Program-made: the position numbers and the translations under genes
Notes under the pieces: generated by a model
Told to the model about the DNA's origin: nothing
Seen by the model: only the letters and a program-made list of their open reading frames with translations
Database searches by the model: none
Assembly (NCBI GenBank): GCA_963837315.1
Contig: CAWINE010000013.1
Coordinates: forward strand, 75,780-139,779
Direction: 5' to 3'
Length of the DNA: 64,000 nucleotides
Origin: an uncultured Chloroflexia bacterium
Lineage (GTDB): Bacteria > Chloroflexota > Chloroflexia > QHBQ01 > JADMIH01
Part shown: piece by piece, positions 28,700-37,906 of the stretch
Layout: every line of letters starts with the position of its first letter
Position numbering within the stretch: the stretch's first letter is position 1

Positions 28700-29380
28700 G
28701 GGCTCCAGGAGCTGAGCGGGCAGGACACATCAAACTGTCCCACCATGTTCCGTTTGAGCCCGTACACGACACCCATCTTCTCAGCGGGCAAGATCAGCGT
28801 CTTCCTCGCCAGCGTGGTCGGAGGCAGCCCACAAGTGGGGCAGTCTTCGATTGGGTTGGTGACGCACTTCAAGAATATGTGAGAGAGTGGTCGCGCGCAT
28901 CACATGATTCAGTGATTTGTGGTCACTGCGTCGCTCCGGATTCGGGCGGGCGCGGCCTATAATGGGCGTCCGACCTCAGTTGGACAGAAAACAACGGTTC
29001 GGGAAACGCCAGGGGGCGGACCCTATGAGAATTCCTACAGCTTGGTTGGGTTAGGTGGGCAGTCGTATAATGGGTACCGACGGGCGGCAGGAGCTACGCG
29101 TACTCCTCAAGCCCTCATCAGGGCCGGGTTCCTACGGGCAGTTCCACGCACAGACAGTCGCACACCCTGGCCCACCGAGTTCAGACGGTTGGTGAGAAAG
29201 GTAAGGCGGCGCGTAGAAACAGCCTTCTCGGTGCTGAACACCGTATTCAACCTTGCACAACCGGTGTCCAGGTCGCTGACAGGCTTGGTGTCACGAGTGT
29301 CCACTCGTATGTTGGCGTACACTTTAGCCTTCATCACTGCCCCTTTGTTGGCTATTTTCGGCTTTATTACCCGCAATTAG
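28700..29380 (+). pseudogene. degenerate DDE transposase remnant (IS982/IS4-superfamily-like)
   Basis: ORF 28919..29380 ends with RRRVETAFSVLNTVFNLAQPVSRSLTGLVSRVSTRMLAYTL, which resembles the conserved C-terminal RxRIExxFSxL...LAxxL block of IS982/IS4-type transposases. Upstream frames contain only broken fragments, and no terminal inverted repeats were found. Confidence 0.4.
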
Positions 29381-29432
29381 AGTACGTGAAACGTAAGGTA
29401 CGAACTTAAAGGTACGAATTAGTAGTACAATT

Positions 29433-29464
29433 AATCCGCAATCCGCAATCCGCAATCCGCAATT
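29433..29464. repeat. single (AATCCGC)4 arm
   Basis: The sequence is aatccgcaatccgcaatccgcaatccgcaatt, 7 nt upstream of the ATG at 29471. No partner arm is nearby. Confidence 0.85.
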
Positions 29465-29470
29465 GATACG

Positions 29471-29752
29471 ATGCCCAACACAAGAACACAACGACTGATC
29501 GGCTGGCTCGTCTTCGTGGGCGTGCTGGCGACATTCTTCGGCTGCGGCCTCATCTGGCAGAACCAGATGACCGCCGCCGTGATCGCCCTCGTCTTCGCCG
29601 AGCTAATCATCCTCCCTACCTTCTTCTACCTCCTCACCACGCGCCGCCGCCTGAAGAAGATCGTGCGTCGCAAAGAGGATGAGCAGTTGGACGCTCTGGC
29701 CGGGGTGGGCGACCTTACATCGACGCCTTCACAGGACAAAAAACTTAGCTAG
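29471..29752 (+). CDS. small membrane protein (two predicted TM helices), unknown function
   Basis: 93-aa ORF with hydrophobic stretches LIGWLVFVGVLATFFGCGLIW and AAVIALVFAELIILPTFFYLL followed by a basic RRRLKKIVRRK segment. Confidence 0.45.
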   Translation: MPNTRTQRLIGWLVFVGVLATFFGCGLIWQNQMTAAVIALVFAELIILPTFFYLLTTRRRLKKIVRRKEDEQLDALAGVGDLTSTPSQDKKLS

Positions 29753-29859
29753 CACAATTACCGGCCGATTGCCCACTAAAGTAGGCCAGGACATGCCTGA
29801 CCAAAACGAGACTTCCGATATCGCCAGTGGAAGATTATGACGAACTTGTTTAGGTTCGC

Positions 29860-30336
29860 ATGATAGAAGATATCGCCATCCGTATCGCCGCTCTCTCCGA
29901 CGCCCCAACCATAGCCGCCATCCTCCACCAGGCCTTCGTGGAGTTCGAGCCTATCTACACGCCCGGAGGCTTCGCCGCGACCACTCCCACCGCCGAGCAG
30001 ATTGAAGCCCGGTGGGACGAAGGGCCTGTGTGGATTGCTTTGCTGGATGGCGCAATCATTGGTACAGTAGCGGCAGTGCCGAAAGGCGATTCGCTTTACG
30101 TAAGGAGCATGGCAGTCCTGCCGGAGGCGAGGGGCCATCACACCGGCGAGCGATTGCTTGATCAAATAGAGAATTACGCACGCGAGCACGGCCTTGTGCG
30201 CCTTTACCTCAGTACCACTCCTTTTCTCGCCCGCGCCATCCGGCTTTACGAAAACTACGGCTTCCAGCGAAAGAACAGCGGCCCGCAGGACCTGTTCGGC
30301 ACGCCATTGTTCTCGATGGAGAAGTACTTGAAATGA
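29860..30336 (+). CDS. GNAT-family N-acetyltransferase
   Basis: 158-aa ORF with an acetyl-CoA-binding-like segment (MAVLPEARGHHTGERLLDQIENYAREHG) and YENYGF. Its stop overlaps the purB start (ATGA). Confidence 0.75.
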   Translation: MIEDIAIRIAALSDAPTIAAILHQAFVEFEPIYTPGGFAATTPTAEQIEARWDEGPVWIALLDGAIIGTVAAVPKGDSLYVRSMAVLPEARGHHTGERLLDQIENYAREHGLVRLYLSTTPFLARAIRLYENYGFQRKNSGPQDLFGTPLFSMEKYLK

Positions 30337-31656
30337 ATATTGACCGCTACACAAACCCCAAAATGGGCGAAATCTGGTCGGCCCAGCACAAAGTGGACCT
30401 CTGGTGGAGGGTCGAGCTGGCCGTGTGCGAGGCGTGGTCCAGGCAGGGCAAAGTGCCCGCCGAGGTGCTGCCTATCCTGCGGCAAGGCAAGATCGACCTG
30501 GCCAAAATGGACGAATACGAGAAGCAGACCGACCACGACGTGATCGCATTCCTCAAGGCCGCCACCGACAGCCTCTCCGACCCCGACGCCGCTCGCTACG
30601 TCCACCTCGGCCTCACCTCCTCCGACGTGGTGGACACCGCCCTCGCCCTACAGATCAAAGAGGCCATGGACGTTATTGTCGAGGACGTGGAGACCGTGCG
30701 CGTGACCCTGGCGGCGGTGGCCCTGGAGCACAAGCACACCCTGATGATTGGACGCACCCACGGCATACACGCCGAGCCGACCACCTTCGGGCTCAAGATC
30801 CTCGTCTGGTACGACGAGATAGGCCGCCACCTGCACCGGCTGCAAGCCGCCCGCGACGATATCGCCACGGGCAAGATTTCGGGCGCTGTGGGCACCCACG
30901 CTAACGTGCCGCCCGATATCGAGGACGACGCCCTCCAGCGCCTGGGCCTCGCCACCGACCCTGTATCGACCCAGATCGTGCAGCGCGACCGCCACGCCGC
31001 CGTGCTCAACGCGCTGGCCCTGCTCGCATCGTCGCTCGACAAGTTCGCTACCGAGATTCGCCACCTGGCCCGCACGGAGGTACGCGAGGTGGAAGAGCCG
31101 TTCGGCGCGGCCCAGCAAGGCTCGTCGGCCATGCCCCACAAGCGTAACCCTCACAAAAGTGAGCGTATCAGCGGCCTCGCTCGCGTGCTGCGCGGCTTCG
31201 CCCTTACAGGCATGGAAGACGTCGCCCTCTGGCACGAGCGCGACATTTCCCACTCCTCAGCCGAGCGTGTAGCTTTCCCCGGCGCGTTCATCCTGCTCGA
31301 CTATATGCTAACCCAGTTCGACGGCATTATGAGCGCACTCAATGTCTACCCTGGGCGCATGAAGCGCAACCTCGAAATCGACAGGCGGTCTGATCTTCTC
31401 CCAGCCCATCATGCTGGCCCTCACCGAAAGCGGCATCGACCGCCAGGTGGCCTACAAGATAGTGCAGCGCAACGCGATGGCCGTCTGGGAAGCTGACGCT
31501 AAAGGCGAAACCGGGCCGTCTTTCATCGAGCGCATTTCCGCTGAGACCGAAGTGCAGGCGCGTATCCCGCCCGAAAAGCTGAAAGAGCTGGTCAGCCTGG
31601 ACCGCCATCTTGAACACATAGATGAGGCATACAGGCGCGTGGGCCTGGAAGGGTAG
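30333..31656 (+). CDS. purB: adenylosuccinate lyase, apparent frameshift near 31374-31379
   Basis: ORF 30333..31496 (MNIDRYTNPKMGEIWS..., signature GSSAMPHKRNP) loses homology after ...MKRNLE. ORF 31411..31656 in another frame carries the normal C-terminus (MLALTESGIDRQVAYKIVQRNAM...). Deleting one A from gaaatc restores NLESTGGLIFSQPIMLALTES. Confidence 0.9.
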
Positions 31657-31788
31657 CGATATAGCGGGCAATTCGACCGGTTGAATTGACTTCAGGAGAG
31701 CGCTGACGCGCAAAAGCAGGAGAACCCGGATTAGAATAAACCGGAAATAGTGCGCCGGTGCCACCATCCGGTAGCCATGGGTCTACAT

Positions 31789-32619
31789 CTACCACCCCAG
31801 GTCGGAATCTGTTGTGTCACCTTCCTCAATGGCGCTCTTCACTTTCGCTTCAGGAATTTTCAAGATGGCAGCAATATTCCTGATAGATTCACCTTTCGCC
31901 CAGAGGTCGCGGGCTTTCTGCTCCTTTGCAGCACGTAGCTCCGGCTCAACCTCCCACCAGTAGACCATTTGAGCCAGGGTGACGATCTCCCTGAGATCAT
32001 ATTCGTCGCTGTCTGAGAATAGCTGCTCGGCCATATACCGGCGTTTATCGTCATTCGTGGCATCCGGAAAGCGCTCGTGCCGGGCCAGTTGCGATGCCAG
32101 GTGCAGGCGCGTCTCCGCTTCCTCTTTGCTTCGCACGCGCCTCATTTCTGCTTCAACGTTCTCCGCCTCGTCCAGCGCGGCGCGTGCAGCCTCAGCATAC
32201 TCAACATACCAATCCGCCTTCAACGACAGGTAATGCCCTACCCCCTCCTTGAACCAGGCGCACCTCAGATAGCCCAGCCGCCTGTTATACCCTCCCCACT
32301 CGTTCGTGACTTCCATCAGACGCCCGGACAACCAGGTCTGTTCATTATCCCCGGCCGGCAACCTGGCTCCTTTTAGACCGTTTATAAGGCTCAGTGTCTC
32401 TCGCTCCAGGTCGAAGGGGTCCGCTTCTATATACAAGAGTGAGGCTGACACGGAAGCAGCTACCTCCAGGTACTCCATCCACTCTCCTTCCCAGTCAACC
32501 GCCGGAGAGTTGTTGCCTTTCGCCGAGAAGCGCGGCCCCTGCACTATACGGAGGCCATGCTCGTGTGCCCTCTGCCTTATGGCCTGGAGTGCCTCTTGAA
32601 GATCATCGAAACTGTCCAT
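31789..32619 (-). CDS. hypothetical protein with a possible C-terminal HTH
   Basis: 276-aa ORF with no family I recognise. The C-terminal segment GESIRNIAAILKIPEAKVKSAI looks like a helix-turn-helix. Confidence 0.5.
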   Translation of the reverse strand: MDSFDDLQEALQAIRQRAHEHGLRIVQGPRFSAKGNNSPAVDWEGEWMEYLEVAASVSASLLYIEADPFDLERETLSLINGLKGARLPAGDNEQTWLSGRLMEVTNEWGGYNRRLGYLRCAWFKEGVGHYLSLKADWYVEYAEAARAALDEAENVEAEMRRVRSKEEAETRLHLASQLARHERFPDATNDDKRRYMAEQLFSDSDEYDLREIVTLAQMVYWWEVEPELRAAKEQKARDLWAKGESIRNIAAILKIPEAKVKSAIEEGDTTDSDLGW

Positions 32620-32663
32620 AGTTTGCCTTCATTTTGCCAGTAGCTCGCAGTTCCCAATATTAT

Positions 32664-33221
32664 CTACTGAAATAAGTCGTCCACCGGCATCGTCCACCCC
32701 GGCAGCGCAGGTTCCGCTTCTGCCACCTCACCTCTAACGTATACCTTCGGATTTTCCGGATCGCCAGCTCTGTAGACCCGCACGACCATCTCCTTCAGCA
32801 CATCCACGTCCCATACAACCTTCGTACCTGCCTTAAAGTAATCGGCGCGTTTCTCCGCCATGTCGCGCTCGGCTGCCCGGCCGTAATCACCTTCGCTTCG
32901 CACCTCGGCAGCGAAGATAGGGGCACCATCAATGAATTTTCCAGGATCGCTTGTAGGCTCACCCCAAAAGAAGGCTGCGTCAGGGCTGAAGGTGCGCAGT
33001 TCAGGTGTCCTTACAACAAAACCGACGTTATCAGGATAAGCTTCACCACTCTTAGTTTTTCGCTCATAGTCACGTAAGCTGGCGTAGATTTCTCCTCCTG
33101 AGCGACCAGGCATTCTCCCTGTGGGTGACATCAGTATTAACTCCCCATTCACAATCTCGGCCTTGCCGTTCTCGGGCACGTGATAGAGGTCTTCGATTGT
33201 GGCTCTTGCTTTGGTGCTCAT
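32664..33221 (-). CDS. Uma2-family (DUF820) putative endonuclease
   Basis: 185-aa ORF containing ATIEDLYHVPENGKAEIVNGELILMSP, FSPDAAFF and PIFAAEVRSEGDYGRAAERDMAEKRADYFKAGTKVVWDVD. Confidence 0.8.
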   Translation of the reverse strand: MSTKARATIEDLYHVPENGKAEIVNGELILMSPTGRMPGRSGGEIYASLRDYERKTKSGEAYPDNVGFVVRTPELRTFSPDAAFFWGEPTSDPGKFIDGAPIFAAEVRSEGDYGRAAERDMAEKRADYFKAGTKVVWDVDVLKEMVVRVYRAGDPENPKVYVRGEVAEAEPALPGWTMPVDDLFQ

Positions 33222-33378
33222 ACTTCCCTCGCTTTCCCAATTTACGCACGCCTTATTACGGCCAGTATATATTAGGCAACTTTACCTGTCTACGATGCGT
33301 ATACGATAGTGAGAACAACCAACAAGACCCCACTTTGTACTGAGGCTATTGGTTCGTTGATGGTCTTTTTGCCGGTTT

Positions 33379-33750
33379 CTAGGAATTTAGAGAAGGCATT
33401 ACTATCATGGAGTTTAGCCAGCTCATGCCTAGACCTGCAATTACGCTGGAGAAGGTAAGACGCCCCAGGCCAACTTCTCCGTTGAAGGTCTTGAAAGCTA
33501 ACAGGCTAATCAGTATGAAAACCAGGAGGTTTAGCACTGTCAGCGCGTCCAGGAGAGAGCCCTCTGCGAGATAAACATCAACTTTACTGGTCAGTGCAAA
33601 CAGTAGCCGGAAGCCCCAATAAAGGGAGACGTACACGTACAGGCAGTAAATGATGACTGGTGAGAAATCAGTACGCTGGCGGTTCTTGGGGTCCGGAGTA
33701 TTCAATGGTGCACCATTGTTGACGCGGAAGAAATGGTCTTGCTGCCTCAA
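33379..33750 (-). CDS. small integral membrane protein, unknown function
   Basis: 123-aa ORF with three hydrophobic helices (FSPVIIYCLYVYVSLYWGFRLLFAL, LTVLNLLVFILISLLAF, FSSVIAGLGMSWLNSMIV). The start is uncertain. Confidence 0.4.
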   Translation of the reverse strand: MRQQDHFFRVNNGAPLNTPDPKNRQRTDFSPVIIYCLYVYVSLYWGFRLLFALTSKVDVYLAEGSLLDALTVLNLLVFILISLLAFKTFNGEVGLGRLTFSSVIAGLGMSWLNSMIVMPSLNS

Positions 33751-33812
33751 TTCTACAACAAAGTACAGGCTATTTTAGGTGTGCTCAGACATATTCTGTA
33801 AGGAGAAATCAC

Positions 33813-35228
33813 ATGATCAGCGACCAGGCTACCCAGAATCAAGACACGCCTCCATCTACAACCCACAGTGCGCAATTGTTCGATGAGCTTTGCGAGCAAA
33901 TTAAGGAGGCCATGCAGCGCTTCTCGGTGCCGGGGGTGGCTGTGGGCGTGATCGACGGCGACCGGGAATACACAGCGGGCTTCGGCGTCACCAGCATTGA
34001 CAACCCCTTGCCTGTGACCGATGAAACGCTCTTTCAAATAGGCTCCACTACCAAAACTGTCACGGGCACCCTCGCGATGCGCCTGGTCGAGGAGGGTAAG
34101 ATCGACCTGGACGCACCGGTGCGCACCTACCTGCCCGACTTGCGCCTGATGGAAGAGGATGTGGCCGCTCGCGTGACTATGCGCCATCTCCTGACCCATA
34201 CAGGAGGCTGGATAGGTGATTACTTCGACGATTTCGGCACCGGCGAGGACGCCCTCGAAAAGATCGTGCGCAATATGGAGGGCCTGGATCAGCTAACCCC
34301 ACTGGGCGAGGTGTGGCACTATAATAACGCGGGCTTCTACCTGGCGGGCCTGGTGATCCAGACTATCCTGGGCCGGCCATACGAAATGGCGGCGAAGGAG
34401 ATGGTGCTCGCCCCTCTCGGCATGAACATGTCGTACTTCTTCGCGCACGAGGTAATCACTTACCGGGTGGCGATAGGCCACAATAATCCCGAGGAAGGTG
34501 GCAAATGGGCCACCAAAATAGCCCGGCCCTGGGCTTTGCCGCGCACATCATCGCCGGTGGGTGGCATCATCTCCACGGTGAAAGACCAGTTGCGCTACGC
34601 CCGTTTCCATATGGGCGACGGTACTGCCGAGGACGGCACACGCATCCTTTCGCCTCAATCGATGGCCCTCATGCAAACACCGGCAGTGGAGGCCGCTAAC
34701 GAAGAGAGAGTGGGTATCACGTGGTTCATGCGTGACCTGGGCAACGGCATGAAGCTGCTGAGGCATGGAGGCGCAACCAACGGCCAGATGTCGGCCTTCC
34801 ATATGGTACCGTCCCGTCGTTTCGCCATCACCATCCTTGCAAACGCCGACCTGGGCCGCTCACTCAACCGCGACATCGTGGCCTGGGCACTCGAACATTA
34901 CCTGGGTGCCAGGGATCAGGAACACCCGCCGCTCGAAAGCACCGAAGAAGAGCTTGCGGTCTACGCAGGTCGCTATACCTATTTCACAGACGATGTTCAG
35001 CTCTACTTGCAGGACGGCAAGCTCTGGGTGATCGATATACCGAAGATGGGCCTCCCAGGTCAGGAGCTGCCGCCTGCCGACCCGCCGATGCGCGCTGCAC
35101 TCTACGCAAAAGACCGCATCGTCGTGCTGGACGAGCCTATGAAAGACCTCCGCATCGAGATATTGCGCGGGCGAGACGGCACGATAAAATGGCTGAGAGG
35201 GGCCGGAAGGGTTTATGCCAGGGAATGA
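33813..35228 (+). CDS. serine hydrolase, beta-lactamase-related, with a C-terminal extra domain
   Basis: 471-aa ORF preceded by the SD aaggag. The SxxK motif is GSTTKTVT, followed by YNNAGF (YxN) and HGGATNG. Confidence 0.75.
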   Translation: MISDQATQNQDTPPSTTHSAQLFDELCEQIKEAMQRFSVPGVAVGVIDGDREYTAGFGVTSIDNPLPVTDETLFQIGSTTKTVTGTLAMRLVEEGKIDLDAPVRTYLPDLRLMEEDVAARVTMRHLLTHTGGWIGDYFDDFGTGEDALEKIVRNMEGLDQLTPLGEVWHYNNAGFYLAGLVIQTILGRPYEMAAKEMVLAPLGMNMSYFFAHEVITYRVAIGHNNPEEGGKWATKIARPWALPRTSSPVGGIISTVKDQLRYARFHMGDGTAEDGTRILSPQSMALMQTPAVEAANEERVGITWFMRDLGNGMKLLRHGGATNGQMSAFHMVPSRRFAITILANADLGRSLNRDIVAWALEHYLGARDQEHPPLESTEEELAVYAGRYTYFTDDVQLYLQDGKLWVIDIPKMGLPGQELPPADPPMRAALYAKDRIVVLDEPMKDLRIEILRGRDGTIKWLRGAGRVYARE

Positions 35229-35315
35229 GGGTGTTATAATGAACTGTTGCTCACAGGTTAGACATTTATACAATAGAGCTTCCGGAACTCAAATCCAGAT
35301 GTAGAGGAGAAAACC

Positions 35316-37901
35316 GTGACCACCGCAATCGAAAACCCCAGGGCTTACAGGCTACCCGACCATGCGCTACCGGGCCGGTACGACATCGAGCTTGACGCCC
35401 GCGTGGGGCGACCCACCTTTACGGGCAAAGTCACAATCCAATTAGATATTCGCGAAGGGCGTAGCAGCATAGAGCTACATGCTCACGAGCTGCTCACCTT
35501 GAACGAAGCCACCCTCACGGCGGGCGACGCCACCCTCAAGGGCACTATTACCCAGGACGCCGAGCGTGAAATGGCCCGCATCGAGTTTGGGCAGCCGCTG
35601 CCCGTGGGCGACGCGACCCTCGTCATAGTCTACGATGGCCGCATCAGCCCGACCCTGGAGGGGCTCTACCTGGCCAAGGATGGCCCGGAGCAGTGCCTTT
35701 GCACTCAATGCGAAGACACCTATGCGCGCAAGATCCTCCCTTGCTGGGATGAGCCTGCTTTCAAGGCTCACTTCGCCTGGAAGATCACCACCGATCCCGA
35801 AAACACCGTGCTCACTAACGGTCCGCTCGTATCGGCTGAGGCCTCCGCAGACGGCAAATCGAAGGTATGGACTTTCGCGCCCACGAAGCTGATGTCGAGC
35901 TACCTCTGCGCTATCGTGATAGGGGACATCGCCGGCACTCAGGAAGAGACGGTTAACGGTATCCCTGTGCGGGTGTGGGCCATGCGTGGCAAGGAAGATA
36001 TGGGCCGCTTCGCCCACGATTTCACGAAAAGATTACTCCCCTTCTACGAGGACTACTTTCAGGCTCCCTACCACTACGATAAATACGACCAGATAGCCGT
36101 GCCCGGCTTCGCGGCGGGTGCAATGGAAAACGCGGGGCTGGTCACTTACGTTCAGTCGGCGCTCATCATGAACCCGCAGACCGCCTCCTGGGCTGCGGAG
36201 AAGGGCATCGCCCACGTGATCGCCCACGAGACCGCGCACATGTGGTTCGGCGACCTTGTCACGATGGCCTGGTGGGACGACCTCTGGCTCAACGAGTCGT
36301 TCGCCGAGTGGATGTCGTATAAAGCGGTAAACGCCCTCAACCCCGAATATAAGATATGGAACGACGCGCAGGGAGGCAAGCTCACCGCCCTCGCTGCAGA
36401 CGCCCTCGAAAGCACTCACCCCATTTACACCAGGGTGCAGACCCCCGACGAAGCCACCGAGATGTTCGATGCAATCACCTACCAGAAGGGTTGCTCGGTG
36501 ATGCGTATGCTCGAAAACTTCCTGGGTGAAGATGCCTTCCGGACAGGTTTGCGCGCCTATATCAAGGAATTCGCCGAGAGCAACGCCACCGGGGGCGACC
36601 TCTGGCGACACCTTGCCAGCGCGTCAGGCTTACCTGTCGATGAGATAATGCAAAGCTGGATTTCCCAGAGCGGCTACCCTATGATAACGTTCACCCTCGA
36701 AGGCGCCGGCGCTGACGCCAATTTGCATCTCTCGCAGCGCCGCTTCTATTCCTCCCCCACCGCCACGGGCGATCCCCAGGTCTGGCACGCGCCGGTAATC
36801 ATCCGTTACGAAGACGCGGCAGGCACACACGAAAAGCGCGTGCTGATAGTGGGACCGGAAACGGTCGTGCCGCTGCCTCTGCAAGGCCGGCTAAAGTGGC
36901 TCTACGGCAACGACCAGGAGATCGGCTTCTATCGGCAGCACCTGGACGGACCTATTCTGAAGGAGCTTCTCGATGACCTTGACAAGCTCTTGCCGGTCGA
37001 GCAAGCCGGCCTGCTGGCCGACCAGTGGGCGCTCGTTCGCAACGGCACGCAGAAGATAACTGCCTTCCTCGACGTGCTCTCCGCCATGATGAGCCTCAAA
37101 GATTACACGATCCTCGACAACGTAGTGAGCAGACTGCACGCCGTCGACACTCTCCTCAAAGAGGCGGGCGACCGGCAGGCCATCGCAAACTTCAAGGTAT
37201 GGGTAGGAAAACGCCTCAAAGAGCAGATGGACGAGGTTGGCTACGAGCCGCGTAAGGGCGAGCCGCAGGATGTGATCCAGCGCCGCATCGCCCTTATAGA
37301 CGCCATGGCAACCATCGCCGATACGCCCGAAGCCATCAGACAGGCCACTACCTGGGCCGACCGCGAGGCAGAGAACCCTGCATCCGTCAGCGCCGACCTG
37401 GCAGGGTTATTTGTGGCTGCCGCCGCGCAATATGGCGACCGTACCCGCTTCGACCGCTACGTAGAGATATATAAAACCAGGCGCGACGCCGCGGCCTCTC
37501 CTCAGGAGACTAACCGCTACCTCTATAGTCTGCCCGAATTTGAGGCCCCCGAGCTTGTCGATGCCACCCTGCGTCTGTTGGACGACGGCACGATTCCCCA
37601 GGAAGCCATAGGCCGCGTACTGAGAGTAATGCTGAGCCTGCCGCACGCCAAAGTGGCTGCCTGGAACTATGTGAAAACAAACTGGTCCACTATACGCAAC
37701 CTGGGCGACATGTGGACCGGCTTCCTGGTCGAGGCCTCAGGCCAGCTTCCGGCCTCCTTGCGCCCGGACATCGTAGCCTTCTACGACGAGCACCTGCAAG
37801 GCGTCGCCGAGATGAGCTATGCCCGCGCCCTGGAAACTCTTGACCAACTGGCCGAGTTCAAGGCCCGCACAAAGGACGATATGGTCGCCTGGTTCAAATA
37901 G
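35316..37901 (+). CDS. pepN: M1-family aminopeptidase (aminopeptidase N-like)
   Basis: 861-aa ORF with a GTG start preceded by the SD gaggag. It has the exopeptidase motif GAMENAG, the zinc site HETAHMWFGDLVTMAWWDDLWLNESFA, and an ERAP1-like C-terminal domain. Confidence 0.9.
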   Translation: MTTAIENPRAYRLPDHALPGRYDIELDARVGRPTFTGKVTIQLDIREGRSSIELHAHELLTLNEATLTAGDATLKGTITQDAEREMARIEFGQPLPVGDATLVIVYDGRISPTLEGLYLAKDGPEQCLCTQCEDTYARKILPCWDEPAFKAHFAWKITTDPENTVLTNGPLVSAEASADGKSKVWTFAPTKLMSSYLCAIVIGDIAGTQEETVNGIPVRVWAMRGKEDMGRFAHDFTKRLLPFYEDYFQAPYHYDKYDQIAVPGFAAGAMENAGLVTYVQSALIMNPQTASWAAEKGIAHVIAHETAHMWFGDLVTMAWWDDLWLNESFAEWMSYKAVNALNPEYKIWNDAQGGKLTALAADALESTHPIYTRVQTPDEATEMFDAITYQKGCSVMRMLENFLGEDAFRTGLRAYIKEFAESNATGGDLWRHLASASGLPVDEIMQSWISQSGYPMITFTLEGAGADANLHLSQRRFYSSPTATGDPQVWHAPVIIRYEDAAGTHEKRVLIVGPETVVPLPLQGRLKWLYGNDQEIGFYRQHLDGPILKELLDDLDKLLPVEQAGLLADQWALVRNGTQKITAFLDVLSAMMSLKDYTILDNVVSRLHAVDTLLKEAGDRQAIANFKVWVGKRLKEQMDEVGYEPRKGEPQDVIQRRIALIDAMATIADTPEAIRQATTWADREAENPASVSADLAGLFVAAAAQYGDRTRFDRYVEIYKTRRDAAASPQETNRYLYSLPEFEAPELVDATLRLLDDGTIPQEAIGRVLRVMLSLPHAKVAAWNYVKTNWSTIRNLGDMWTGFLVEASGQLPASLRPDIVAFYDEHLQGVAEMSYARALETLDQLAEFKARTKDDMVAWFK

Positions 37902-37906
37902 TCAGC

